Assembly (NCBI RefSeq): GCF_018398935.1
Contig: NZ_CP074694.1
Location: 4,050,001-4,082,000, forward strand
Source: Telmatocola sphagniphila
Lineage (GTDB): Bacteria > Planctomycetota > Planctomycetia > Gemmatales > Gemmataceae
Reading direction: 5' to 3'
DNA: 32,000 nucleotides
Part shown: positions 13,387 to 21,357 of the stretch, one piece after another
Position numbering within the stretch: position 1 is the first letter of the stretch
How the letters are laid out: each line of letters starts with the position of its first letter
The notes under the pieces: model-generated
Seen by the model: only the letters and a program-made list of their open reading frames with translations
What the model was told of the DNA's origin: nothing
The model's database searches: none
Program-made: the position numbers and the translations under genes

Positions 13387-14835
13387 ATGGCTGCTTCGAA
13401 TTATCATCAGATGTACATCAATGGTCAGTGGGTCGACGCGATCGGCGGTCAGCGCCTGGCTGTGGTCAACCCGGCCACGGAAGAAACAATCGCCGAAGTT
13501 CCCTGGGGGGGTCGGGCCGATACCGCCAAGGCTATCGATGCGGCCTACGCGGCCATGCCCGCGTGGTCTCGTCTCACCGCATGGGATCGCTCGAAGATTT
13601 TGAAAAAAGCTGGGGAGCTGCTGCGCGAACGGGTCGAAACTTACGCCCGCATTTTAACCCAGGAACAAGGCAAGCCACTCGCGGAAGCCAAAGCCGAAGT
13701 GATGCACTCAGCCGATACTTTCGAGTGGTTCGCCGAAGAAGGCAAACGTGCTTACGGGCAGATTATACCCCCCGCAGTGGCGGGTAAGCGTCACATGACC
13801 CTGAAGCACCCCGTCGGCGTGGTGGGAGGCATTGGCCCCTGGAATTTTCCGATCACGCAGCATGTTCGCAAAATCGCCCCGGCACTGGCTGCGGGTTGCA
13901 CCATCGTCTGCAAACCAGCCGATCCGACGCCGCTATCGCTGATTAATGTCTTTCATTGTCTGATTGATGCGGGAGTGCCGGCGGGAGTAGTCAATTTCGT
14001 CATTGGCCCGGGCGAGGAAATCGGCGCCGAGTTCATGGAGAATCCCAAGATGCGGAAGATCAGCTTCACCGGCTCAACCCGCGTCGGCAAGATTCTGATG
14101 AAGCAGGCCGCCGATCAGGTAAAAAGGCTTAGCCTCGAACTGGGCGGCCACGCACCGTTGATTGTGTTCCCGGATGCCGATCCCGAAGTGGTGGCCAAGG
14201 CGGCCGTGGCCGGTAAGTTTCGCAACAACGGTCAGGTGTGCATTTCCCCGAGCCGGTTCTACGTGCACAAGGATATTCAGAAGAAATTCCTGGAAGTGGC
14301 TGTGGAGGCCGCGAAGGCTATCAAGCAGGGTAACGGACTGGACGCCGATACGCAACTGGGGCCGATGATCGCGAAAAGAGCTCTAGAAACTACCGGCAAT
14401 CTGATCGGTGATGCGACTGCCAAGGGGGCCAAGCTCCTGACGGGCGGCCGCAAATCGGCCAAGTTCGATAAGGGCTATTTCTTCGAGCCGACGATTCTGA
14501 GCGAACTGTCAGCCGATGCTAGGTTACTGACGGACGAGCCGTTCGCCCCGGTTATGCCGGTGATGGATTTTTCGAAGATCGACGATGTAATTGCCGCTGC
14601 GAACAACACTAAGTATGGTTTGGCCGCTTATGTGTTCACCAATGACCTGACGGTGAGCTGGAAACTTGCGGAAGGACTGGAAGCAGGGATTATCGGCATC
14701 AACGACCCGGTACCCGCCACCCCGCAATGCCCGTTTGGAGGCATGAAGGAATCGGGCATCGGCCGGGAGTTGGCGCACGAAGGTCTGGAAGCTTATCTGG
14801 AAACGAAGTTCATCAGCATTCGGTTGAGAGACTAA
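13387..14835 (+). CDS. NAD(P)-dependent aldehyde dehydrogenase (succinate-semialdehyde dehydrogenase-like)
   Basis: 'GKPLAEAKAEVMHSADTFEWFAEEGKRAYG', 'GPWNFP', 'KIAPALAAGCTIVCKPADPTP', 'FTGSTRVGKILM', catalytic Glu context 'LELGGHAP', catalytic Cys context 'NNGQVCISPSRFYV', 'GGMKESGIGRE'. Confidence 0.9.
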   Translation: MAASNYHQMYINGQWVDAIGGQRLAVVNPATEETIAEVPWGGRADTAKAIDAAYAAMPAWSRLTAWDRSKILKKAGELLRERVETYARILTQEQGKPLAEAKAEVMHSADTFEWFAEEGKRAYGQIIPPAVAGKRHMTLKHPVGVVGGIGPWNFPITQHVRKIAPALAAGCTIVCKPADPTPLSLINVFHCLIDAGVPAGVVNFVIGPGEEIGAEFMENPKMRKISFTGSTRVGKILMKQAADQVKRLSLELGGHAPLIVFPDADPEVVAKAAVAGKFRNNGQVCISPSRFYVHKDIQKKFLEVAVEAAKAIKQGNGLDADTQLGPMIAKRALETTGNLIGDATAKGAKLLTGGRKSAKFDKGYFFEPTILSELSADARLLTDEPFAPVMPVMDFSKIDDVIAAANNTKYGLAAYVFTNDLTVSWKLAEGLEAGIIGINDPVPATPQCPFGGMKESGIGRELAHEGLEAYLETKFISIRLRD

Positions 14836-14857
14836 GTTCGGTATAGTTCTTTTCAGT

Positions 14858-14895
14858 TCGCGAAGTATTAGCCGATAGCCGGTGATACTTCGCGA
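14858..14895. terminator. Perfect 11-bp inverted repeat between convergent genes (candidate bidirectional terminator)
   Basis: TCGCGAAGTAT (14858-14868) and ATACTTCGCGA (14885-14895) flank a 16-nt loop. The repeat fills the 62-nt gap between the aldehyde dehydrogenase stop (14835) and the RhlB-like stop (14898). 'ttcttttcag' lies just upstream. Confidence 0.5.
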
Positions 14896-14897
14896 CG

Positions 14898-16133
14898 CTA
14901 AACAATTCCTTCCAGCATTTCCACAGCCTGTACCAAACCATCCTTTCCCTTCATTCTCTCTGCCAGCGTTTCGCAGCGTGCTTTGACAATCGGGTTCAAA
15001 ATTTCGTTCAGTCCCCGAACAATATGCTTCGAAGTGCGTTGACGAGGTCCTAGCCAATTCCCGGCTCCCAATTTTCGCACCCGCTCGGCGTTATCCGGTT
15101 GATCCCACGCCAAGGGCAAAATCAATTGCGAGGTTCCACTTGCTAAAGCCGCCGCGGTGGTGCCTATTCCCCCATGATGAACGACGGCCGCACAGTGTGG
15201 GAAGAGGGCGCGAAAAGGAGCATAGCTACAGACGCGGATCGAACTGGGCAAATCGCGAGGCACCTGGTGCAGATTTTTGGACAGCAATACTCCCCGCAAT
15301 CCCAAAGACTGACATGCTTTCACAGCTGTTCGAAAGTAACCGGAGCCATGGGTTACACCGGTACCCGTAGTAAACGAGATTAGTGGACCTGGCATTTCGC
15401 AAAATTTACGAAGTTCATCGGGAAGTTCCAAAGAACGACTTCCATCGAAATCGCCGAACCCGACTAATCGAAGGGAAGCCGGCCAATCGGATTGAGGGGA
15501 GGCGTACCAGTCGGGAAATAATCCAATCGTCAAATCGGGCGAAAGCCACCACTGAAATATTCGATAGACCGGCTTCAATCCAATTTTTTTTCGCACCTTG
15601 TTGAGTGCCAGCCCAAAAAGGGCGTACCCGGCCAAGTCCACCCCCAGCCAATAGAGCTGTGCGATTGGTCTCGGAAGCCAGGAAGGAGGAGTCAACCCGC
15701 CTGGCATAGTGGGGGGAGAATCGATACTGGGAATGACCCCGGGTTGGAGGACTAGGCTGACTACTCTTCGAGATTGTTTCTCCTGAAGCAGTCTAGCCGC
15801 GCTGACACCCGGGTTGGCCACAAGGATTGACTGTGGATCGGAAGCCACGTTTGATAGCTGGTCGTACTGGCGTTCGATAAATCGAGTCGCCCACTTCGAC
15901 ATAACTCGCCCACCCCAGTAGGGGTGCCACAGTGACGGATTCTGGAGGACTTCGTTTATTTCAGATTGGGAGACGATGGGAAGGAATTCGAACCCAAGCA
16001 GTTCAGCGCGTGCGCGATAAGGTTCCGGCACAACCAGCGTGACTCGATGCCCGCGCTCCCTCAACCGGATGCCCAGACCGATATAGGGGAAGACATCCCC
16101 ATCTGTTCCAAAACTGGCGAGAATCGCATGCAT
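14898..16133 (-). CDS. GT1-family glycosyltransferase, RhlB-like (rhamnosyltransferase-1 subunit B homologue)
   Basis: The preferred start is the ATG at 16133 (MHAILASFGTDGDVFPYIGLGIRLRERGHRVTL), which closely parallels the N-terminus of P. aeruginosa RhlB as I recall it. Further shared blocks: 'YRIFQWWLSPDLTIGLFPDWYASPQSDWP', 'GFGDFDGS', and the donor-binding 'VVHHGGIGTTAAALASGTSQLILPLAWDQPDNAERV'. Confidence 0.85.
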   Translation of the reverse strand: MHAILASFGTDGDVFPYIGLGIRLRERGHRVTLVVPEPYRARAELLGFEFLPIVSQSEINEVLQNPSLWHPYWGGRVMSKWATRFIERQYDQLSNVASDPQSILVANPGVSAARLLQEKQSRRVVSLVLQPGVIPSIDSPPTMPGGLTPPSWLPRPIAQLYWLGVDLAGYALFGLALNKVRKKIGLKPVYRIFQWWLSPDLTIGLFPDWYASPQSDWPASLRLVGFGDFDGSRSLELPDELRKFCEMPGPLISFTTGTGVTHGSGYFRTAVKACQSLGLRGVLLSKNLHQVPRDLPSSIRVCSYAPFRALFPHCAAVVHHGGIGTTAAALASGTSQLILPLAWDQPDNAERVRKLGAGNWLGPRQRTSKHIVRGLNEILNPIVKARCETLAERMKGKDGLVQAVEMLEGIV

Positions 16134-16373
16134 GCGGCTTCCAATGCGGATGGATTCAAAAAATGGAAACCGAAAAAAAATCTTCCTGAAACTGGATTTT
16201 ATCAAATTATTTTCGAACGAACTGGCAGCGAAGCAGTTCGGTTTCAATAGCGGGCTTTTGCGTATTCAAACCACGATCCTTCACGACTGAGCCGAAGCCA
16301 AATCGCACTACAGCGATCTTCTTTTTCTCCTGAGTTTGAGAATCCGGCGTTCTTAAAAGGAAGAATCAAACCG

Positions 16374-16847
16374 TCACAGGAGCCGGATTCGCGGATCCTC
16401 CCTTGATTGAGGCGGATACAATTCATGAACTCGCAGATGTTCGTTCAGAAACTTGTGGAGCGGAGCGTATTCCCAACCCAGATTGAACTCGTCGGCAATG
16501 GCCTTCAACTTTTTCAAATATTTCTCGGTGATTGTTTCTCCCACTCCCGCATATTTGGGATCGCAAAAATAGACCCGGCAGCCGAGCGGACGGGGCTCTC
16601 GAGCGGTGCATAAATTGTCTTTCTGATAAGGACAGAGATCGGCGCTCGCCGGTCCCGAAAAGGGGGGAGCGCTGGCTAAAAGCACTTCCGCTTCGAGCTG
16701 ACTGAGGAACAAAGTATGGCCGTATTCTCGAAATCGGCAACATTTTCCGGACGCTTCACAGCGCGGCTGGTGCCCGGCAATCTCAGCGTCGAGCTCTAAA
16801 TAGAGCCGATAAATGCGATCGTGCCAGTCTGGGAATTTGGGATGCAT
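16374..16847 (-). CDS. YkgJ/UPF0153-type cysteine-cluster protein (putative Zn/Fe-chelating CxxCxxCC-family)
   Basis: 'RCEASGKCCRFREYGHTLFLSQLE' is a CxxCGxCC-like motif with the second Cys replaced by Ser. 'LCPYQKDNLCTAREPRPLGCRVYFC' is typical of the C-terminal half of this family. Confidence 0.7.
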   Translation of the reverse strand: MHPKFPDWHDRIYRLYLELDAEIAGHQPRCEASGKCCRFREYGHTLFLSQLEAEVLLASAPPFSGPASADLCPYQKDNLCTAREPRPLGCRVYFCDPKYAGVGETITEKYLKKLKAIADEFNLGWEYAPLHKFLNEHLRVHELYPPQSREDPRIRLL

Positions 16848-17046
16848 GTACTCATTTTAGGGGTGGGGAACCTGTTTCCGAGACGGTAATTTGCCGGTTT
16901 ACCGAAGGCTTGTGCGTTGTATCTATCCTGACGGCTCGTGGTGTGGCGCAAACGGGAGCGGTTAAGTACAAGTTGACTTTTTATCATCGGCAGGATGAAG
17001 CGGAACCGATTAATGCCCTGTAGAGGCCGCCCAGGGAGTATTGACG

Positions 17047-18417
17047 ATGTCGTTAGAACTGCAACCGGATATTGCCGAACCGCTGGCGGAGAAGTCCGTC
17101 GCGCTCCGATGGTCGATCATCGGATTACTCCTCTGTGCTGCGGCCGGAGGAATCGGCTATGTCTCCCGCGATCCCGAAAATTTAAATACTCTGAACCGGG
17201 TCGCCGTCGGGTTGCTTTTTCTGGGAAGTTTCATCTCCGGTTGCGCTCTGACTCTTCGTTGGAACTGGTACCTCCCCTGGTTCCTCTCCTCCGTGTCGGC
17301 CCTGCTGGGAACTCTGGCTATCCCGCTCCCCTGGGACAGCATCCCACTGCTCTATCACGGGATGATGCTGGTGACCTTCATCATCGGCTTATTGGTGGCA
17401 TGCTTCACGGGGATTCGACGTGCCATCATTGGCGGCATGATCTGCTTCCACTTCTTCGGAATCAGCATGTCGATCCTATCGCCGCCTCCTTCTCCCTGGG
17501 CCGTGTTCCAAATCTGGCAACGCTGTCTGACCTGGTGGTTCGATCCCATCTATATCAACAACGCCTACCAGTTCTACGCTCCCGATCCAGGCCCGGCCAA
17601 CCAGCTCTGGTTCTGCATCGAGTTTTTCAAAACCGACTCCACCAGTCCCGGCGGCATCAGCAATGAGGAGAAAGCTCGCGAAGAATTCGCGCGGCTACTG
17701 GGAATGGACAAACAGGCGCCCGGCGTGATGGACGATCTGGCTCCGAAAATGCATCTGTGGATCAAGATGCCGGAACGCCCCCGCGATTATCGCGATCCCC
17801 TGGGGATTACATATTATCGAGAACTGGCTTTGACGGAGTACACCTACCAGGGGACGAATGCGAATTACAACGCCTTCCCCACGGAAGCCAAGGAAATCGA
17901 ACGCCGTCGGCAGGCGATGCGAAGTCGCATTCCGTTGCACAACGAACTGTTATATCCGACGATGCAGTACCGTCCGCCAAGCAATCTCGTCACCCAGATG
18001 ATTGTGCCTTCCTATGCCCGGCATCTGGCTCATAAATACGAAAACATCAAGCCGGGATTAAAGTTCCACACGGTTCGCATTTATCGGGTGATGCACCGCA
18101 TCATCGAGCCGGACGTCATGGGCGATCCGAAAAACCTGAAAGAGGATTCCCGGGAAAAACGTTACTCCAGCGTCTATGAGCCTTCGACCTATCAGCCCTT
18201 CTTCCTCGGTGAATTCTTCGCGGACGGAACGTTGAAGGATCCGGCCGAGCCGATGTTGTACTGGGCTCTGCCGATCTCGCGCAAACTGAACGGCAAGTTC
18301 TGCAAGTTCGGGGATGACGATTATTACTCGAACTACATAGACAGCGTGAGGACACACGCGGGCAGCGACCATACCAGCCGGGATCTGATTGAAGTGGATA
18401 AACGCTTCGACAATTGA
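17047..18417 (+). CDS. Polytopic membrane protein of unknown function (N-terminal 4-5 TM helices plus ~280-aa C-terminal domain)
   Basis: The ORF-track start at 17041 is TTG; the ATG is at 17047. Hydrophobic segments: 'WSIIGLLLCAAAGGIGYV', 'VAVGLLFLGSFISGCALTL', 'WFLSSVSALLGTLAIPL', 'LLYHGMMLVTFIIGLLVACF', 'AIIGGMICFHFFGISMSIL'. Then 'YINNAYQFYAPDPGPANQLWF' (nt 17566-17595 for YQFYAPDPGP). I recognise no catalytic motif. The stop lies 85 nt before the HTTM gene start. Confidence 0.6.
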   Translation: MSLELQPDIAEPLAEKSVALRWSIIGLLLCAAAGGIGYVSRDPENLNTLNRVAVGLLFLGSFISGCALTLRWNWYLPWFLSSVSALLGTLAIPLPWDSIPLLYHGMMLVTFIIGLLVACFTGIRRAIIGGMICFHFFGISMSILSPPPSPWAVFQIWQRCLTWWFDPIYINNAYQFYAPDPGPANQLWFCIEFFKTDSTSPGGISNEEKAREEFARLLGMDKQAPGVMDDLAPKMHLWIKMPERPRDYRDPLGITYYRELALTEYTYQGTNANYNAFPTEAKEIERRRQAMRSRIPLHNELLYPTMQYRPPSNLVTQMIVPSYARHLAHKYENIKPGLKFHTVRIYRVMHRIIEPDVMGDPKNLKEDSREKRYSSVYEPSTYQPFFLGEFFADGTLKDPAEPMLYWALPISRKLNGKFCKFGDDDYYSNYIDSVRTHAGSDHTSRDLIEVDKRFDN

Positions 18418-18502
18418 CGCAGGAATCGCGTTCCCACCCGACAATCCCCGGCGACTTGCCCAGTCGTTCCTCCGGCCGAAATAAACTTGAAGAGTGCAAA
18501 CC

Positions 18503-20383
18503 ATGAGCAAGTCGAATAATGGAGTCGATTACTCTCTCCCGAATATCTGGACGCGTTTCTTTTTTTCGCCGACCGATCCTTCCACGCTCGGTTTCATGCG
18601 GGTGATGATCGGATTACTCGTCTTCTATCTGCATGCCGCTTACTTCTTTAATTCCCAGGATCTCCATGGCAAGTACGCCTGGTGGGATCAATATGTAGCG
18701 AACAAACAGCGGCGGGAACTCCCCATCGCCCTCGGTACTTTTAACTGGGGCGACGACCACGAACCCCGCATCAAACTTCCGGAGACGACGCAGCGCCGGG
18801 CAATCGCCATCGAATTCCTGAAGGCACTTCCGGATAGCGTGGAACAACGCAAGCACGACCTCCGGTATTTGATCCCACTCATCGAACAGGCGAGCGATCT
18901 AGATCCCACGGGAGCTTCCAATCAGAAAGTGATCGAGGCTCTGGATCTGGCGGGGGCGTACACGCGGTTGAATAAAGAATCGGAAGCGAAGTTCCTGAAG
19001 AAGTTAAGCGAGGAACCTCTGAAAACCGCGGAATTGCCGATTCGCATTCCTCTGTTTTTGGAAGAAAGCGATGTGGCCCGGCGAGAAGCGATCCGAGTCG
19101 AACTAACTGATTTTCTGATGATGGTAGCCAGTCGGACTGATCTGCAAAACTTGGAGAATGCCGAATGGGTCTTTACCTGGTTGAAGGAGCTATCGGTCGG
19201 CCAACGTCAGAAAGCTCTCGCCTTTATGATGGGTTTACCTACCGACCGCACCGAACGCGAGAGTATCCTCGATTACATGGGCTTCTGGCAGGCCGATCCG
19301 CGCCAGTGCTATAGCAAAGGTCGTTACATATTTTCCTTCTGGTTCCACGTGACCGACCCGACGACGATGTGGATCGTTTACGGTCTCCATATGGTTATCA
19401 TCGCTCTGTTCACACTCGGATTCTATACTCGAATCACCAGCGTTCTCACCTGGATCGGCCTTTTGAATATCTGCCATCGCACACCGTTCTCACTCTACGG
19501 GATGGATGCGATGATGAGTCTTCTGATGTTCTATATGTGCATCGCTCCAAGCGGTGCCGCCTTCTCCATTGACCGATTACGAGCCCGCTACCGAGCCGCC
19601 CGGGCTTTGCAGAAAGCCAATGGCAAATCGGTTCCCTGGGCGGAAGCGACCCTGGCTGGTCCCGTGCCATCAAGATTGGCCAATTGCGTACTTCGAATGA
19701 TGCAGATCCATTTCAGCTTCATGTATCTCTCCGCCGGTTTTTCCAAGCTCAAGGGAACAACCTGGTGGAATATGACGGCCCCCTGGTATGTGATGTCGAA
19801 CCCGGAGTTCTGCCCGACTCACTTTAGATGGTACGAACATTTACTCGAGGAAATTTCCCAGAGCCGTCCTTTACTCTCGTTCATCTTCGCTTTCGGTGTA
19901 CTTGGAACTCTCGTGGCTGAAATCGGCTTACCCTTCCTGGTCTGGACGAGACTTCGCGGTTACGCCGTGATCAGCAGCGTTCTTCTGCATCTGGGCATCG
20001 ATTTCTTCATGGGACTGTCCGTATTCAGTCTGTTCATGCATTCGTGGGTCTTGAGTTTCATCCCCGCGGCTTTAGTTCGAGAAAAAGTGGGCGTAGGACC
20101 TGGGGGCCAGAAGTTGAGACTGAAATACAACCCGCAGGATCCGGAGCAGGCTCACACGGCGGCAGTCATCAAATCACTCGATTTGTCGAATCAGGTCCAG
20201 CAGGATCCGTTATCGCCGAATTCGTCGGAGACAATCAAGCTGGTGGATGAGAATGGGCACGACCACAATTCGCAGGAGATCGCACCCCTGCTCTTCCGCG
20301 ATCTGCTGCTCCTGCAGACGATCGGCTGGGTCTCCTGGATTCCTGGCGTCAAACTGCTTCTGCGAAAGGTCCTTCGGACCTAA
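18503..20383 (+). CDS. HTTM-domain (vitamin K-dependent gamma-carboxylase-like) integral membrane protein with a large inserted loop and a C-terminal DCC/DUF393-like remnant
   Basis: The ORF-track start at 18494 is GTG; the ATG is at 18503. HTTM hallmarks: 'DPSTLGFMRVMIGLLVFY', 'GLHMVIIALFTLGFYTRITSVLTWIGLL', 'GMDAMMSLLMFYMCIAPSGAAFSIDRL', 'LRMMQIHFSFMYLSAGFSKLKGTTWW', 'LVAEIGLPFLVW'. About 225 aa of charged, helical sequence lie between the first and second hydrophobic segments. Confidence 0.7.
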   Translation: MSKSNNGVDYSLPNIWTRFFFSPTDPSTLGFMRVMIGLLVFYLHAAYFFNSQDLHGKYAWWDQYVANKQRRELPIALGTFNWGDDHEPRIKLPETTQRRAIAIEFLKALPDSVEQRKHDLRYLIPLIEQASDLDPTGASNQKVIEALDLAGAYTRLNKESEAKFLKKLSEEPLKTAELPIRIPLFLEESDVARREAIRVELTDFLMMVASRTDLQNLENAEWVFTWLKELSVGQRQKALAFMMGLPTDRTERESILDYMGFWQADPRQCYSKGRYIFSFWFHVTDPTTMWIVYGLHMVIIALFTLGFYTRITSVLTWIGLLNICHRTPFSLYGMDAMMSLLMFYMCIAPSGAAFSIDRLRARYRAARALQKANGKSVPWAEATLAGPVPSRLANCVLRMMQIHFSFMYLSAGFSKLKGTTWWNMTAPWYVMSNPEFCPTHFRWYEHLLEEISQSRPLLSFIFAFGVLGTLVAEIGLPFLVWTRLRGYAVISSVLLHLGIDFFMGLSVFSLFMHSWVLSFIPAALVREKVGVGPGGQKLRLKYNPQDPEQAHTAAVIKSLDLSNQVQQDPLSPNSSETIKLVDENGHDHNSQEIAPLLFRDLLLLQTIGWVSWIPGVKLLLRKVLRT

Positions 20384-20390
20384 GGGATAA

Positions 20391-20618
20391 TTAAACTTTA
20401 GCTGCCTCGCCAGTTCGGCAAGGCAGCGATTTGAGGCTGGTGCAACCTTCGGGTAAGATAGCCTCGTCCAACAGTAGTGAGGGCAGCCCTTCTTTGGATT
20501 TGAATTGTATCCGGCAACGTTCGCAGAAAATCTTCACATCTTCTTCCAGGATTAATTTCGACTCCCGCCGTGGATCATTGGGACAACGGAGTACGGCCAG
20601 CGTTTCTGGGGTGATCAT
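20391..20618 (-). CDS. Trm112/UPF0434-family small protein
   Basis: 75 aa: 'LAVLRCPNDPRRESKLILEEDVKIFCERCRIQFKSKEGLPSLLLDEA'. This matches the Trm112 pattern (L..L.CP ... C..C...Y/F....G.P.LL.DEA). Confidence 0.8.
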   Translation of the reverse strand: MITPETLAVLRCPNDPRRESKLILEEDVKIFCERCRIQFKSKEGLPSLLLDEAILPEGCTSLKSLPCRTGEAAKV

Positions 20619-21020
20619 CAGCCTTCAACCTATCTCTGCGATGTAATATCCATCCTGTTCGGCTTATCTTATCAAATTTATGGTAGGGGCTATTTTCAGG
20701 AATCATGACCTTTCTCCCCATCGTAAGGTGACCTCAGATTCCCCAATCGGGAATTCCGGCTTCAAAAAACTTTCATTCGAAGCGAATCCTGAAGGCCGCA
20801 TTTTCAATCCCGGTAGGATTTTGTGTGAATATCAAACATTTATTAGTTAATATGCGTAAGCTTGCACCAGATAGACAACCTGGGAAAAAGTTTAGGGCCG
20901 ACCCAGGATCAGGTAATCTCACTTGTCCGGGGAGAAATTGATGGGCGTCTCCATCGAATAAGTTATAACGCTGAAAGATATGCTAGTTTACAGCATCCTT
21001 CAGAATGTGGGAGAACTCGC

Positions 21021-21323
21021 ATGGCTCGCATGAGTCGAGAATTTTCATTGGTCCTGCTCGGCGCCGGTGTCATGACGGCGGGCTACTTTCTTTATCCCGA
21101 ACCTGCTTTGGATGCCAGCGAGAAGCAGCAAGAGGACGCCGAACTCGCCCAGAATGGCGTCGATTCCAATACATCGAGTGGCGGCGGCTCCCACAGCCAC
21201 TTTTTCTGGTACCACACCGGTTATGGTTACGGGAGCGGTTCCCGCTCCTCCTTCTCGAGTGCCAGTAGTGCAGTTCGCTCCGGCGGGTTCGGCAGTTTCG
21301 GTCGTGGCGCTGCTGGAGCCTAA
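21021..21323 (+). CDS. Small membrane-anchored Gly/Ser/Tyr-rich protein, YgiB/YjfM (DUF1190)-like
   Basis: Preferred start is the ATG at 21021 (MARMSREFSLVLLGAGVMTAGYFLY: basic N-terminus plus one TM helix), giving 100 aa. The tail is 'SSGGGSHSHFFWYHTGYGYGSGSRSSFSSASSAVRSGGFGSFGRGAAGA'. The 'RSGGFG' element (nt 21273-21293) resembles the C-terminal RGGFG element of E. coli YgiB/YjfM as I recall it. It lies 34 nt upstream of a YgiC-type gene, the same order as ygiB-ygiC. Confidence 0.55.
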   Translation: MARMSREFSLVLLGAGVMTAGYFLYPEPALDASEKQQEDAELAQNGVDSNTSSGGGSHSHFFWYHTGYGYGSGSRSSFSSASSAVRSGGFGSFGRGAAGA

Positions 21324-21357
21324 CTCTACCGTCTCTTCCTCTTCCTGGCACTTCGTC

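Noticed and set aside
16995-17666. 223-aa plus-strand ORF overlapping the start of the membrane-protein gene in another frame.
   Set aside because: Its translation is Arg/Pro-rich and featureless. The competing frame encodes coherent transmembrane helices.
21112-21357. 82-codon upstream extension of the YgiC-like ORF, overlapping the small Gly/Ser-rich ORF in another frame.
   Set aside because: Homology to YgiC begins exactly at MHRIKIDPRPDW (ATG at 21358). The extension is Pro/Ala/Val-rich read-through of the low-complexity region.
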